DNA of 64,000 bases from Dehalococcoidia bacterium (GCA_011191875.1 DUFC01000029.1:2660-66659); one strand, 5' to 3'; numbered from the stretch's first letter, positions 18,474 to 28,177 are shown. The notes: generated from the letters alone by a model not told the origin. Made by a program: numbers and translations.

Positions 18474-19274
18474 GTGGAAAAGATGGAGATAGAGAGATTC
18501 CCTCTACTGCGGGTTACCGAACAAGGTAGGAACGAGACTGAGGACATAGTTACCAAGGAAAGTCCCCTTACCATCATTTTAAACAACCGGGAACTGGTAA
18601 CACTGCTCTGCTCTCCTACAAATTTAAAGTATTTGGCTATTGGTTTCCTTTTCTCCGAAGGGTTACTCAGAAGCAAAGATGAAATCAAGAAAATAATAGC
18701 TGATGACCGGAGGGGTGTGGTGCAAGTAGAAACCAGAAAAAATAAGGAATTTACTGGTGAGCTTATATCTAAGCCGCTTATAGCTTCTAGTGGTGGTAGA
18801 AAGGCTTCTTTTTATAGCGCATCTGATATCCAAGACGAGGCAAAGGTAGAATCTCAAATTACAATAGCACCTCACGAAGTATTTGCCCTTGTCAACGAGT
18901 TTCAGCACCGCTCTAGGCTTTTTAAGGCAACGGGTGGTGTTCACAGCGCTGCCTTATGTGATACAGGCGGCATCCTGGTTTTCAGTGAGGACATAGGCAG
19001 GCATAATGCTATTGACAAAGTCTTTGGCGAATGTATTTTGACAGATATATTAATGGATGACCGTGTGATAATCACCAGTGGGAGAGTCTCATCGGATATA
19101 TTACTCAAGGTTGCTAAAGGAAAAATCCCCATACTCATTTCCAAATCTGCCCCGACCAACCTTGGGGTGAGGTTAGCTGATGATTTAGGTATAACCCTTA
19201 TAGGCTTTGTCAGAGGAAAAGGGATGAATATCTACACTAATAGCTGGAGAGTAATCACCCAAAAACATGAGTAA
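18474..19274 (+). CDS. fdhD: formate dehydrogenase accessory sulfurtransferase FdhD family
   Basis: ..ATGGVHSAAL.., ..EDIGRHNAIDKV.G.., ..SGR.S.....K.A..GIP...S.SAPT. Confidence 0.85.
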   Translation: MEKMEIERFPLLRVTEQGRNETEDIVTKESPLTIILNNRELVTLLCSPTNLKYLAIGFLFSEGLLRSKDEIKKIIADDRRGVVQVETRKNKEFTGELISKPLIASSGGRKASFYSASDIQDEAKVESQITIAPHEVFALVNEFQHRSRLFKATGGVHSAALCDTGGILVFSEDIGRHNAIDKVFGECILTDILMDDRVIITSGRVSSDILLKVAKGKIPILISKSAPTNLGVRLADDLGITLIGFVRGKGMNIYTNSWRVITQKHE

Positions 19275-19280
19275 GAACAA

Positions 19281-19604
19281 ATGGAAGAGTTTACTTATAT
19301 AGTTCTCTTTATTACCACGGCTACTACTAATGAAGCACAGCGAATATCTAAGGTGTTACTTGAGCAGAGGAAGGTGGCTTGTGTAAATATCGTGCCCAGG
19401 GTTAATTCGCTCTTTTGGTGGGAAAACAAGCTTGATTTAGCTCATGAAAGCCTTCTAATTGTTAAAACCAAAGCATCACTATTAAATGAAGTTATTAGAG
19501 TGGTTAGGGAGATTCATAGCTACGATATTCCTGAAATAATTGCTTTACCTATTATAGGTGGCAATCAAGATTATCTGGAGTGGATAGGTAAAGAGGTGAA
19601 ATAA
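19281..19604 (+). CDS. cutA: divalent-cation tolerance protein CutA
   Basis: ..A.....LL..R.VACVNI.P...S.FWW..K......E.LLI.KT......L......HSYD.PEI. Confidence 0.85.
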   Translation: MEEFTYIVLFITTATTNEAQRISKVLLEQRKVACVNIVPRVNSLFWWENKLDLAHESLLIVKTKASLLNEVIRVVREIHSYDIPEIIALPIIGGNQDYLEWIGKEVK

Positions 19605-19760
19605 AGTGCTAGGAAGATAGATTTTTTTAACTTTATAGTATAAGGAGGCTAATTTATGTTTAAAACCTCGTAAGCATATTACTGAGGCTATAATTAGTGA
19701 AGCCAAACTTATTGAGCAACACCTCCACAAACTAGGAATTTCTATATAGAAAGGACAGAA

Positions 19761-20003
19761 ATGGCAAAGCGGCGGGTAATGCTTACCTTTACTCCAGAAA
19801 CAAGCACCGAACCAATCATCTATAGTATTGGTCAGCAATTCAATATAGTGACCAATATATGTGGGGCCGATGCCCCGGAGGGCTGGGGCTGGATAGTAGT
19901 GGAACTTGAGGGTGAAGATAAGGATATTGAAGATGGAATTGCTTGGGTTATTTCCAAAGGAGTAAGGGTTGACCTGATTGGTGACGAGGCGGTTGGGATT
20001 TAA
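19761..20003 (+). CDS. small NIL-domain-like protein
   Basis: ..EPIIYSIGQQFNIVTNI.GA......GWIVVELEGEDKDIEDGIAWV.SKGVRVD resembles the NIL (MetN C-terminal-like) fold. Confidence 0.45.
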   Translation: MAKRRVMLTFTPETSTEPIIYSIGQQFNIVTNICGADAPEGWGWIVVELEGEDKDIEDGIAWVISKGVRVDLIGDEAVGI

Positions 20004-20094
20004 TCAGGGTGTCGCTAGCTCGAGAGAGCATCTGACAGCTCCTTGATAGAGCTGAAATAGAAGCTGAGAAAGGTAGTTTAGGATTTTGTGCCAG

Positions 20095-21270
20095 CTACTC
20101 CCTAAGGTTGCGTGATTTTAACCACTTTTGTTTTTGTTTGAGCCGTATCTGCTCATCAGTAGGCTGGTAATTTGCCAGGAAATTATCCCTGAAAGAGCTA
20201 AAGGTGCCGTTTATGATGGCACTCCTTATTTTATACATAAGATTGTTAATGAAACTCAGGTTATGAATGGTAGCTAATCTATAGGCTAGTAGTTCGTCTG
20301 AATTAAATAGGTGATGTAGATAAGCTGCCGAGAAGGTGCGACAGGTATAGCAATCACAGCCAGGAACAATAGGCTCTTCCATCTGGCTATAGGCTTTATT
20401 TCGGATATTATGTCTGCCTTGCCAAGTAAAGAGGGCACCGTTTCGGGCCACACGAGTAGGAAGGGCGCTATCAAACATATCAACCCCTCTAGCTACCGCT
20501 TCAATAATATCCTCCGGAGAGCCAACTCCCATTAGGTATCGTGTCTTATTCTCCGGCAACAAATCTACTATCTCTTCAACTATAGTTAGAGTTACTCTTT
20601 TAGGCTCGCCGATACTCAAGCCACCAATAGCATAACCGGGGAAGTCTAGTGAGGTAAGGTATTCAGCTGACTGACGCCTAAGCTGAGGGGAAACACCGCC
20701 TTGTATGATAGCGTATAGAGCCTGGTCACTACGCTTCTGACATTTTTGGCATCTCTCTGCCCATTGATGCGTCCGGTTCATTGCCCTCTGCACCTTTTCA
20801 AAGCTATCATCATGGGCTGGGCACTCGTCCAGAACCATAATAATATCAGCGCCAAGGCTCTCTTGAAACTGAATAGTTGACTCAGGGGTAATATAATGTT
20901 GACTTCCATCAATATGGGAGCGGAATATAATCCCTTCATCACTGACCTGGCGCAATGATGATAAGCTGAATACCTGATAACCGCCACTATCAGTAAGAAT
21001 AGCTCTATCCCAAGCCATAAATTTATGCAAACCCCCCATCTTTTCAATTACACTAATGCCCGGCCTGAGGTAGAGATGGTAGGTGTTAGCCACTATCATT
21101 GCTATCCCAATATCTTCAATCTCTTCTGGAGTAAGCGTTTTAACTGCACCCTGGCTGCCCACCGGGAGAAATACGGGCGTCGGTACCTTACCGTGTGGCG
21201 TTATCAACTCTCCAGCACGAGCTCCACTATCAGGACAAGTCTGTATTAAGTGAAAGCTATTATTTATCAT
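20095..21270 (-). CDS. tgt: tRNA-guanine transglycosylase (queuine tRNA-ribosyltransferase)
   Basis: ..TPHG...TP.F.PVG..G.VK.., ..ILTDSGGYQVFSL.., ..LDEC.., Zn site CDCYTC....AYLHHL. Confidence 0.95.
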   Translation of the reverse strand: MINNSFHLIQTCPDSGARAGELITPHGKVPTPVFLPVGSQGAVKTLTPEEIEDIGIAMIVANTYHLYLRPGISVIEKMGGLHKFMAWDRAILTDSGGYQVFSLSSLRQVSDEGIIFRSHIDGSQHYITPESTIQFQESLGADIIMVLDECPAHDDSFEKVQRAMNRTHQWAERCQKCQKRSDQALYAIIQGGVSPQLRRQSAEYLTSLDFPGYAIGGLSIGEPKRVTLTIVEEIVDLLPENKTRYLMGVGSPEDIIEAVARGVDMFDSALPTRVARNGALFTWQGRHNIRNKAYSQMEEPIVPGCDCYTCRTFSAAYLHHLFNSDELLAYRLATIHNLSFINNLMYKIRSAIINGTFSSFRDNFLANYQPTDEQIRLKQKQKWLKSRNLRE

Positions 21271-21307
21271 CTAACTTTGTGCCATTATTACTCTGTGTTC
21301 CATTATT

Positions 21308-22165
21308 CTACCTTAATAGCCAGATATCCAGACACATAGTGAGGAATATTAAACCCAAATACGGGAAAGCTGATAGCTTATATAGCCTCCACGCATCTTT
21401 AGAAGCACTAGACATCACCAGCCGTGAGCTGGCATAGACCATCATAGTACCTAGTAGAATAGCTACTATCAGGTAGAGCCAGCCGAAGCCGCCTATAAAA
21501 TAGAGACCAATGGAAGCACTACAAAGCATCAGGCAAAACACTAACAACACTTTTACTGCTTCCTTTGCCTCTCGGTTCATTGGGAAGTAGCTTTGCCCGG
21601 CACTAAGATAATCCTCCCGATTGGCAATCATAACACTCCAGATATGAAGTGGCAGCCAAAAACCAATAAGAAGGCATATAAGCAATATCTCCCAGCTAGG
21701 AATAGGCTTAATGGCAAACCACCCCATGAGAACCGGCGCCCAGCTAGCTATCGTGCCCTGTGGGAAAACGCATGTTGCCCTCTTTCGCCGGACTATGGCG
21801 GCTACAGTACCAACCAGGTCAGCCAGAAAGCAGAATGGATGCAGATACCAAGCCAATGCCAAACCAATAATAACCAAGCCTGTAGCCAACGGTAATACCT
21901 TTTCTGGTGGGTAAATGCGCTTTGAGGGTAAGACCCTATTCTTGGTGCGTTGCATTCTGGCATCAACATCACGGTCTATATAATTGGTTAATCCGTTAGC
22001 TCCGGCACTGGCCAATAAAATCGTCACGGCAATAAGAAGCAATTCTAAAGATATATGTCCATCGCCAGCTATGATAGCAGCACAGATACCGATAAAGGTT
22101 ATCAAAATGCTTACGCGGGGCTTCAATACCTCAATGTAGTTTTTAGCTGTTTTAATAATCAGCAA
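21308..22165 (-). CDS. UbiA-family prenyltransferase, protoheme IX farnesyltransferase (CtaB/CyoE)-like
   Basis: ..NYIDRDVDARMQRTKNRVLPS.. plus about 8 TM segments. The TTG track start sits only 2 nt after AGGAGG, so the true start is uncertain. Confidence 0.6.
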   Translation of the reverse strand: MLIIKTAKNYIEVLKPRVSILITFIGICAAIIAGDGHISLELLLIAVTILLASAGANGLTNYIDRDVDARMQRTKNRVLPSKRIYPPEKVLPLATGLVIIGLALAWYLHPFCFLADLVGTVAAIVRRKRATCVFPQGTIASWAPVLMGWFAIKPIPSWEILLICLLIGFWLPLHIWSVMIANREDYLSAGQSYFPMNREAKEAVKVLLVFCLMLCSASIGLYFIGGFGWLYLIVAILLGTMMVYASSRLVMSSASKDAWRLYKLSAFPYLGLIFLTMCLDIWLLR

Positions 22166-22191
22166 ATCCTCCTAACCGGCAGTTAATCACT

Positions 22192-22700
22192 TTAAACTAA
22201 ATCCTTCAGGCAGAACTCCAGTAATCTTCTAACAATAGCCAAGCTTATAACACCTATCAAGATAAAGATAATTGTCTGATATGACCATCCATGGGCAACA
22301 ATACCTAGAGCAGTAGCTGCTGCTGGTGGATGTTCAGTATTAGTAATCGTCATTAGAAAAATTGATAATCCACCTGATAAAGCACAGGCACACCAGAGTA
22401 TGAATTCCCAATTTACAGCTAGCTCCCTTAGAGGACCGGTAAGAAAAGCATAGTAGCAAATGGAGCCACAAATTAACCCAACAATGTGCCCCCTATTAAC
22501 CTTCTCGATTGTGCCGTAACTGAACGTGGCATGGCAAAAACAATAAATATACTGGCTCCCAGGGCAGCAACAATAGCAGCCTCGGTAAAAATGTTAACAA
22601 AATATAAAATTATCGCTACGGCTACTGTAGCCAGCAAACTCTGTATAATGTAGTTTCTTGGTGTTCTCACAAACGATTTATCAATTATGTGCATAACCAT
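22192..22700 (-). pseudogene. HPP-family membrane protein interrupted by a 1-nt frameshift in a C5/G5 run
   Basis: Frame A gives MVMHIID...AMPRSVTAQSRRLIGG then a stop. The next frame continues HIVGLICGS...TNTEHPPAAATALGIV... (HPP motif) to TAA at 22192-22194. The switch point is the C5 run at 22489-22493. Confidence 0.7.
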
Positions 22701-22791
22701 TTCCTTCCTACCAACCTACCATATTATTACGGTGATACTGGCTAGTTATAATTGAAAAATTATCCAAATACTATACTATTAAATGAGAGGA

Positions 22792-23217
22792 TTAACTAAT
22801 TGAGCTAATCCCCTCATCCAGATAACCTTGCAAGATAAGAGCGGCAGCTATAGCATCATGCCTGGTTTTTTTCTTGCTTTTCTTGGTATTAACACCTTGC
22901 ATCAGGCGTTTAGCCGACACCGTTGATAAACGCTCATCTCTGAACTCGATGTTAACTTCAGTAAAGTTGCACAATTTCTGGGTAAAAGCTTTCACCTTCT
23001 CCGCCTGCTTACCTAGGCTGCCATCCATTGAGAGGGGTAGACCTACTATAACCTGCTGAACTTGATGCTGGTTAATAATATTAGTAATAGCCTCCACATC
23101 TTCTGTCTCATCGCTACGGTTAATAATAGTAAACGGACTAGCTAGTATACCCTGGGGGTCACTGAGAGCCACCCCAATCCTCTTATCGCCAACATCAAGA
23201 CTCAGACTGCGCGTTAT
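22792..23217 (-). CDS. ruvX: Holliday-junction resolvase-like RuvX (YqgF); apparent ATA start
   Basis: ..VIVGLPLSMDGS.G.QAEKV..F...L........F.DERLSTV.A.... and the ..ILQGYLD C-terminus. The conserved N-terminus SLSLDVGDKRIGVALSD lies upstream of the first canonical start (GTG 23172). ATA at 23215-23217 is 5 nt after GGAGG. Confidence 0.8.
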   Translation of the reverse strand: MTRSLSLDVGDKRIGVALSDPQGILASPFTIINRSDETEDVEAITNIINQHQVQQVIVGLPLSMDGSLGKQAEKVKAFTQKLCNFTEVNIEFRDERLSTVSAKRLMQGVNTKKSKKKTRHDAIAAALILQGYLDEGISSIS

Positions 23218-23244
23218 ACTTACCTCCAGACTTATAGAGATTGT

Positions 23245-25863
23245 CTATATCAGGCTCTTCACCAACTGAAGGGCTTCGTCCAATTTATCCTTATACTTAC
23301 CCCCAGCCTGGGCAAATTGGGCTTTGCCCCCACCACTGCCCCCCGCTACCTTAGCCACCTGTTTCACTATTTCTCCGGCGTTATAGCCTCTGGCGATTAA
23401 ATCTGGGGTTACTGCGGCTAAGAAAAGAGGCTTGTCCTCATAAACCGTGCCTAGAACTATCACGGCACTCTCTAGCCTATCTCTCAGTATGTCACTCATT
23501 TCCCGTAAAGCTTCCAGCCGAGAGGACGGCACCCTGGCTGCCAATATCCTCACCCCGTTAATTACTTCTGCCTGACTGGCCAAAGATTCGGCTATTTTCT
23601 TAGACAGTTCTCTCTCCAAATCTAGCCTTCGTTTACGCTCATTATCTAGTTCGGTAATCAGGCTAGATGCCTTATCCTGAGCATTATCCGTTGAAGTTCC
23701 TAGAAGTTGGGCAATCCCCTCCAAACTAGAAAGACACCCTTCAATATAATCCACAGCTCCTCTACCGGTAACAGCTTCAATACGGCGCAACCCGGCACCG
23801 ATGCTACTTTCACTAATAATATAAAAGAAGCCTATCTCCCCGGTTTGTGCGACATGGGTGCCGCCGCATAGCTCAGCACTAATCATTGGCTCACCAATTT
23901 TCACTACCCGGACGACATCACCATATTTTTCATCAAATAGAGCTATAGCCCCCTCGTCTATAGCCTGTCTATAAGATGTATCCTCATCATATACTTTCGG
24001 GTTTTGGCGAACCTTTTCATTGACAATATGCTCTACTTCCCGTATTTCCTCTTCAGTCATTGCTGTCAGATGAGAAAAGTCAAACCTAAGTCGGTCTGGG
24101 GCTACCAGTGAACCCCTTTGCTGAATATGCTCACCTAATACCTGACGCAGGGCTGATTGAAGTAAATGGGTAGCCGTGTGATTACGGGCAATATCAAGTC
24201 GCCGCTCTCTATCCACTTCAGCCTCTATCTCATCACCCACGGTTAAGCTGCCTTCGGTAACACGCCCCCGATGTACACTAATATCCGGTGGAATTCGAAT
24301 AGTATCGGTGACTAAAAATCGCCCCGAGGAGTTTCGTATCTCACCAGTATCGCCTACCTGCCCCCCCATCTCCCCATAAAAGGGCGTAGCCTCTAGAATC
24401 AGACTTGCCTCCTGTCCCGCTTTTATCGTCTCTGTGGATTTATTATCAACCAGGAGGTCAATAATAACCGACTTATGTGTAAGACCACCATAGCCGATGA
24501 ACTCTGTCTTCATAGTCTTATGATGAATAGTAAGACCCTTAATCTCATGCTCTAGAACCCAACCACCTGCCCGGGCTCTCTCCCGCTGCTCCTCCATTTC
24601 CTTCTCAAAGCCTTCTAGGTCCACAGAAAAGCCACGGTAGGCGGCAATCTCCTTAGTTAGCTCTACAGGGAAGCCGTAGGTATCATAGAGCTTAAACGTC
24701 TCTTCACCAGAGATTTCGTTTTCCCCCTTGCCAACAACCTCCTCCATAATTCCGTCCAATAATTCAAGCCCAGTATAGAGTGTCTCACTAAACCTGGCTT
24801 CCTCCAGTTCAACTACCTTGGTAATGAAATCTCGCCTTTGTACTAACTCAGGGTAAATATGCCCCATCTGCTGGATAGTGGTCTTGGCTGTTTCAGCCAG
24901 AAACGGTTCATCCAGTCCTAACCTTCTGCCAAAGAGGGCGGCACGGCGTAGTAACCGTCGCAGCACATAGCCTCGCCCTTCGTTGCTGGGAATTACCCCA
25001 TCACCGATTAGAAAGGCAATCCCCCGACTATGCTCAGCTATTACCCGCATAGCATTATCAGCACTATCACCAGAGCCGTATTTCCTTCCAGCCAAGTCAA
25101 ATATACATTTTAGCAAAGAAGTAAAGAGGTCGGTTTCATAGACAGAGGTTTTACCCTGGACTACGGCGGCGGTTCTCTCCAGTCCCATGCCGGTATCAAT
25201 ATTAGGTTTGGGTAATAAAGTCCGGTGCCCTTCTTCGTCCTGGTTATATTGAGTGAATACTAGGTTCCAGATTTCAGAAAAACGACCGCAATCGCAATTT
25301 GGGCCACAAGAAACCTTCCCACAACCAAATTCCTCCCCAAAATCGTAGTGAATCTCACTACACGGTCCACAGGGTCCAGTATCACCGGCCGGTCCCCAGA
25401 AATTATCCTCCTCACCAAATCTTAGTATCCTTGGCTCAGGGATGCCTAGCTCTCGCCAGTAGCCAAAAGCCTCATCATCATCAAGGAAGATAGTTATCCA
25501 CAGGCGCTCGGGGGGAAGCCCCAAGCGCTGGGTAACAAATTCCCACGCCCAGTTGATAGCTTCCTGCTTAAAGTAGTCACCGATACTAAAGTTACCCAGC
25601 ATCTCAAAAAAGGTAAGATGACTAGGGTCACCCGCCGATTCAATATCAGTAGTGCGAAAACACTTCTGACACGATGCCAAACGGGGACTAGGTGGCAAGA
25701 CCTCGCCTAAGAAGTAAGGCTTAAACTGCACCATGCCAGCGCTGGTAAGTAGTAAAGTGGGGTCACCCTGAGGTATCAAAGAGGAACCAGGAATAATTTT
25801 GTGTCCTTTTTCCTCAAAGAAGCTCAAAAATGCTGCCCGAATTTCATCACTAGTCATAATCAT
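23245..25863 (-). CDS. alaS: alanine--tRNA ligase
   Basis: 872 aa. ..FFEEKGH......SL.P..DPTLL.T.AGM..FK.., editing-domain HTATHLL and ..CGGTHV.., C-terminal DHHA1 region. Confidence 0.97.
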   Translation of the reverse strand: MIMTSDEIRAAFLSFFEEKGHKIIPGSSLIPQGDPTLLLTSAGMVQFKPYFLGEVLPPSPRLASCQKCFRTTDIESAGDPSHLTFFEMLGNFSIGDYFKQEAINWAWEFVTQRLGLPPERLWITIFLDDDEAFGYWRELGIPEPRILRFGEEDNFWGPAGDTGPCGPCSEIHYDFGEEFGCGKVSCGPNCDCGRFSEIWNLVFTQYNQDEEGHRTLLPKPNIDTGMGLERTAAVVQGKTSVYETDLFTSLLKCIFDLAGRKYGSGDSADNAMRVIAEHSRGIAFLIGDGVIPSNEGRGYVLRRLLRRAALFGRRLGLDEPFLAETAKTTIQQMGHIYPELVQRRDFITKVVELEEARFSETLYTGLELLDGIMEEVVGKGENEISGEETFKLYDTYGFPVELTKEIAAYRGFSVDLEGFEKEMEEQRERARAGGWVLEHEIKGLTIHHKTMKTEFIGYGGLTHKSVIIDLLVDNKSTETIKAGQEASLILEATPFYGEMGGQVGDTGEIRNSSGRFLVTDTIRIPPDISVHRGRVTEGSLTVGDEIEAEVDRERRLDIARNHTATHLLQSALRQVLGEHIQQRGSLVAPDRLRFDFSHLTAMTEEEIREVEHIVNEKVRQNPKVYDEDTSYRQAIDEGAIALFDEKYGDVVRVVKIGEPMISAELCGGTHVAQTGEIGFFYIISESSIGAGLRRIEAVTGRGAVDYIEGCLSSLEGIAQLLGTSTDNAQDKASSLITELDNERKRRLDLERELSKKIAESLASQAEVINGVRILAARVPSSRLEALREMSDILRDRLESAVIVLGTVYEDKPLFLAAVTPDLIARGYNAGEIVKQVAKVAGGSGGGKAQFAQAGGKYKDKLDEALQLVKSLI

Positions 25864-25949
25864 ATACGATTTTAGTGTAACACATACTAGCTGTCAATGA
25901 GAGGGTTTATTACTACTCTCCCCATCTAGTGTGGTAACTACGGGAAGTT

Positions 25950-26813
25950 TTAGAGGAGTTGACGCAAATACTCCCTTAGCTTGTGCCCGATATCAGGATG
26001 CTTTAGAGCAAAAGCTATTGTTGCCTCCAGCCAGCCTAATGGGGTGCCAGTATCATAGCGCACTCCCTCAAATTCATAGGCTAATATTGCTTGTTGCCTG
26101 AGTAGTAACTGCAGGGCATCAGTAAGCTGAATTTCTTGGTTCTTCCCTGGTGGGGTTGCTTCCAGGACATCAAATATCTGGGGCATAAGGATATACCTAC
26201 CTACCACCCCCAGGTTAGATGGTGCTTGTGCCGGCTCAGGCTTTTCGGCAAGACTTAGAACTTGGTATATATGACTCGAAATCTTCTTGGGCTCAATGAT
26301 GCCATACTTTGTAGTATCCTGGATACTAACACGGTCAACGGCGACAACATTAGTTTTATGCTGCTCATAGACTTCAACCATCTGCTTTAGGACAGGCACC
26401 TTACTGTCAACAATATCATCCGGCAGGAAGACAGCGAAAGGTTCTCTACCAACGATGTCTTTCGCAGTTAGAATAGCGTGACCAAGACCTAATTGCTCCT
26501 TTTGCCTAATGTAGCAGACATTGACCAGGTCTGATAGCTCACGTATCTCTTGTAGCCGCCTAACATCCCCTTTTTGCTCTAGAACATATTCTAACTCAAA
26601 GGAGCGGTCAAAGTAGTCTTCAATAGCTTGCTTACCCATAGCTGTTACTAAAATAATTTGCTCAATACCTGAATTAACAGCCTCTTCAACTGCATACTGA
26701 ATAAGTGGTTTGTCTACCAGCGGCAGCATTTCCTTAGGTTGAGCCTTGGTTATAGGTAAGAACCTTGTTCCCCAGCCAGCCACAGTAATAACCGCCTTAC
26801 GAACCTTCATCAT
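25950..26813 (-). CDS. galU: UTP--glucose-1-phosphate uridylyltransferase
   Basis: ..KAVI.VAGWGTRFLP.TKA.PKEMLP.VDKP.IQY.VEE. Confidence 0.9.
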   Translation of the reverse strand: MMKVRKAVITVAGWGTRFLPITKAQPKEMLPLVDKPLIQYAVEEAVNSGIEQIILVTAMGKQAIEDYFDRSFELEYVLEQKGDVRRLQEIRELSDLVNVCYIRQKEQLGLGHAILTAKDIVGREPFAVFLPDDIVDSKVPVLKQMVEVYEQHKTNVVAVDRVSIQDTTKYGIIEPKKISSHIYQVLSLAEKPEPAQAPSNLGVVGRYILMPQIFDVLEATPPGKNQEIQLTDALQLLLRQQAILAYEFEGVRYDTGTPLGWLEATIAFALKHPDIGHKLREYLRQLL

Positions 26814-26819
26814 ACTCTC

Positions 26820-27803
26820 CTAGTCTGCTCCTTGCTCAGCAGCAAAAATAGCAGCACCGAGCACCCCGACATCCTCACCAAGTTGAGCCGGAACTATCCG
26901 CACTGCCTGAGCCGATAGTTGGAAAGCCCTCTCCTTTACTACCTGCCTAGCCGGATTAAGTAAAAGATCTCCCATGTTAGACATCCCACCACCAACAATA
27001 ATCATTTCCGGATTAAAGATATTGACCAAGTTTACCATACCTACCCCCAGATAGGTTGCTGCTTTAGAAACAACCTCCAAGGCTAGAGAATCTCCCTCTT
27101 GAGCTGCCGCTCCAACCTTTTCTGCAGTGATATCCTCTATCTTACCAGCTACCATCTCGGCTAGAGAAGACCTCTCCCCCTGTCCAATACGCCTTATTGC
27201 CTCTTCAGCCACTGCCGTACCAGAGGCTAATACTTCAAAACAGCCGATATTGCCACAATTACACCTTGGTCCATTAACATCAAGGGTCATATGCCCTATT
27301 TCACCAGCACTACCGCTTTGACCAGAGTATAGTTTGTCATTAATGATAATGCCACCACCAATACCAGTGCTCACCGTGAGGTAGATAAGATTACTTACTC
27401 CCCTCCCAGCACCAAGCTGATGTTCACCCAAGGCAGCAGCGCTGGCATCATTGATCAGGAAGGTATTAACCCTGTATTTCTCTTTTATGATGTCTCTCAA
27501 TGGAACATCATGCCAGCCGGGAAGGTTTGGCGATGAGGTTATTAGTCCCTTATCAGAATTAATCGCTCCAGCAGCAGCAATACTTATTCCAGCTAGTTGA
27601 GATGATTTCATATTCCTTAGGCTAAGAAGGTGGTCTATAGCCGAAAATATTCTTTCAATCACCGACTGCGGTCTCTCATCAGCCAAGGTAAACTGGTAAT
27701 CCTTAGCCACCACCTGACCACTATTAGAAATAATAGCGGTAATTATTTTGGTGCCACCCAGGTCTATGGCTAAAACCGGTAGTTCCTGCATCCTGAATAC
27801 CAT
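26820..27803 (-). CDS. ROK-family glucokinase
   Basis: ..AIDLGGTKI.., ..ND...AALGE.., ..G.GIGGGII.., ROK Zn motif ..GHM.......C.CG..GC.E. Confidence 0.85.
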   Translation of the reverse strand: MVFRMQELPVLAIDLGGTKIITAIISNSGQVVAKDYQFTLADERPQSVIERIFSAIDHLLSLRNMKSSQLAGISIAAAGAINSDKGLITSSPNLPGWHDVPLRDIIKEKYRVNTFLINDASAAALGEHQLGAGRGVSNLIYLTVSTGIGGGIIINDKLYSGQSGSAGEIGHMTLDVNGPRCNCGNIGCFEVLASGTAVAEEAIRRIGQGERSSLAEMVAGKIEDITAEKVGAAAQEGDSLALEVVSKAATYLGVGMVNLVNIFNPEMIIVGGGMSNMGDLLLNPARQVVKERAFQLSAQAVRIVPAQLGEDVGVLGAAIFAAEQGAD

Positions 27804-27835
27804 TCTATCTTACCTAGTCCAATTTGTGAAGCTTG

Positions 27836-27999
27836 AGGTTGTTTATCTACCTCACCCCCCTAATTTACCCCAAAAATCAAGATTTTCAGGGACCCCGTTT
27901 TAATCCCCCTCTCCATGATATGGATATGTATTCCTATCATGAGGGGGAAGATGAGTTTTTAAAGGGGCTCCGCCCCTTCAAACTGCCTTTGATAAACGG
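27836..27999. repeat. composite G-rich hairpin element, reverse copy of 9389-9497 with an internal insertion
   Basis: GGTTGTTTATCTACCTCACCCCCC..., CCCCCTCTCCATGATA..TATCATGAGGGGGAA, AAAGGGGCTCCGCCCCTTCAAA, ..TTTGATAAACGG. Confidence 0.65.
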
Positions 28000-28057
28000 A
28001 TCCTGAGTAGTGGGCACTTAGAAATGCCTCTGATGACTTTGTTACTAAACAGGAAGT

Positions 28058-28130
28058 GAGAGATTGAGGCAGAGCCCTCAAAACTCAATCTAGGGTGGGC
28101 GGGTGGGGAAAAGAGATTGACAAACAACCT
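28058..28130. repeat. hairpin GAGATTGAGG..CCTCAAAACTCAATCT + GGGTGGGCGGGTGGGG...GACAAACAACC element
   Basis: The second half matches the element at 7262-7312. Confidence 0.5.
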
Positions 28131-28177
28131 CTAACTAACAAGTTGACGCAAGGTGAACCCCGTGTTAAATTTAGTTT

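Noticed and set aside
19605-19760. Riboswitch or leader peptide (AAGGAGG-N8-ATG TTT AAA ACC TCG TAA) upstream of the small NIL-domain gene
   Set aside because: The five-codon mini-ORF has no regulatory-codon logic. I cannot fold a recognisable SAM/Met riboswitch from the 156 nt. Left as unexplained spacer.
20016-20026. Adjacent NheI/XhoI sites (GCTAGCTCGAG) that look like a cloning polylinker
   Set aside because: An 11-mer is expected by chance at a few-percent level in 64 kb on two strands. No other vector-like features are nearby.
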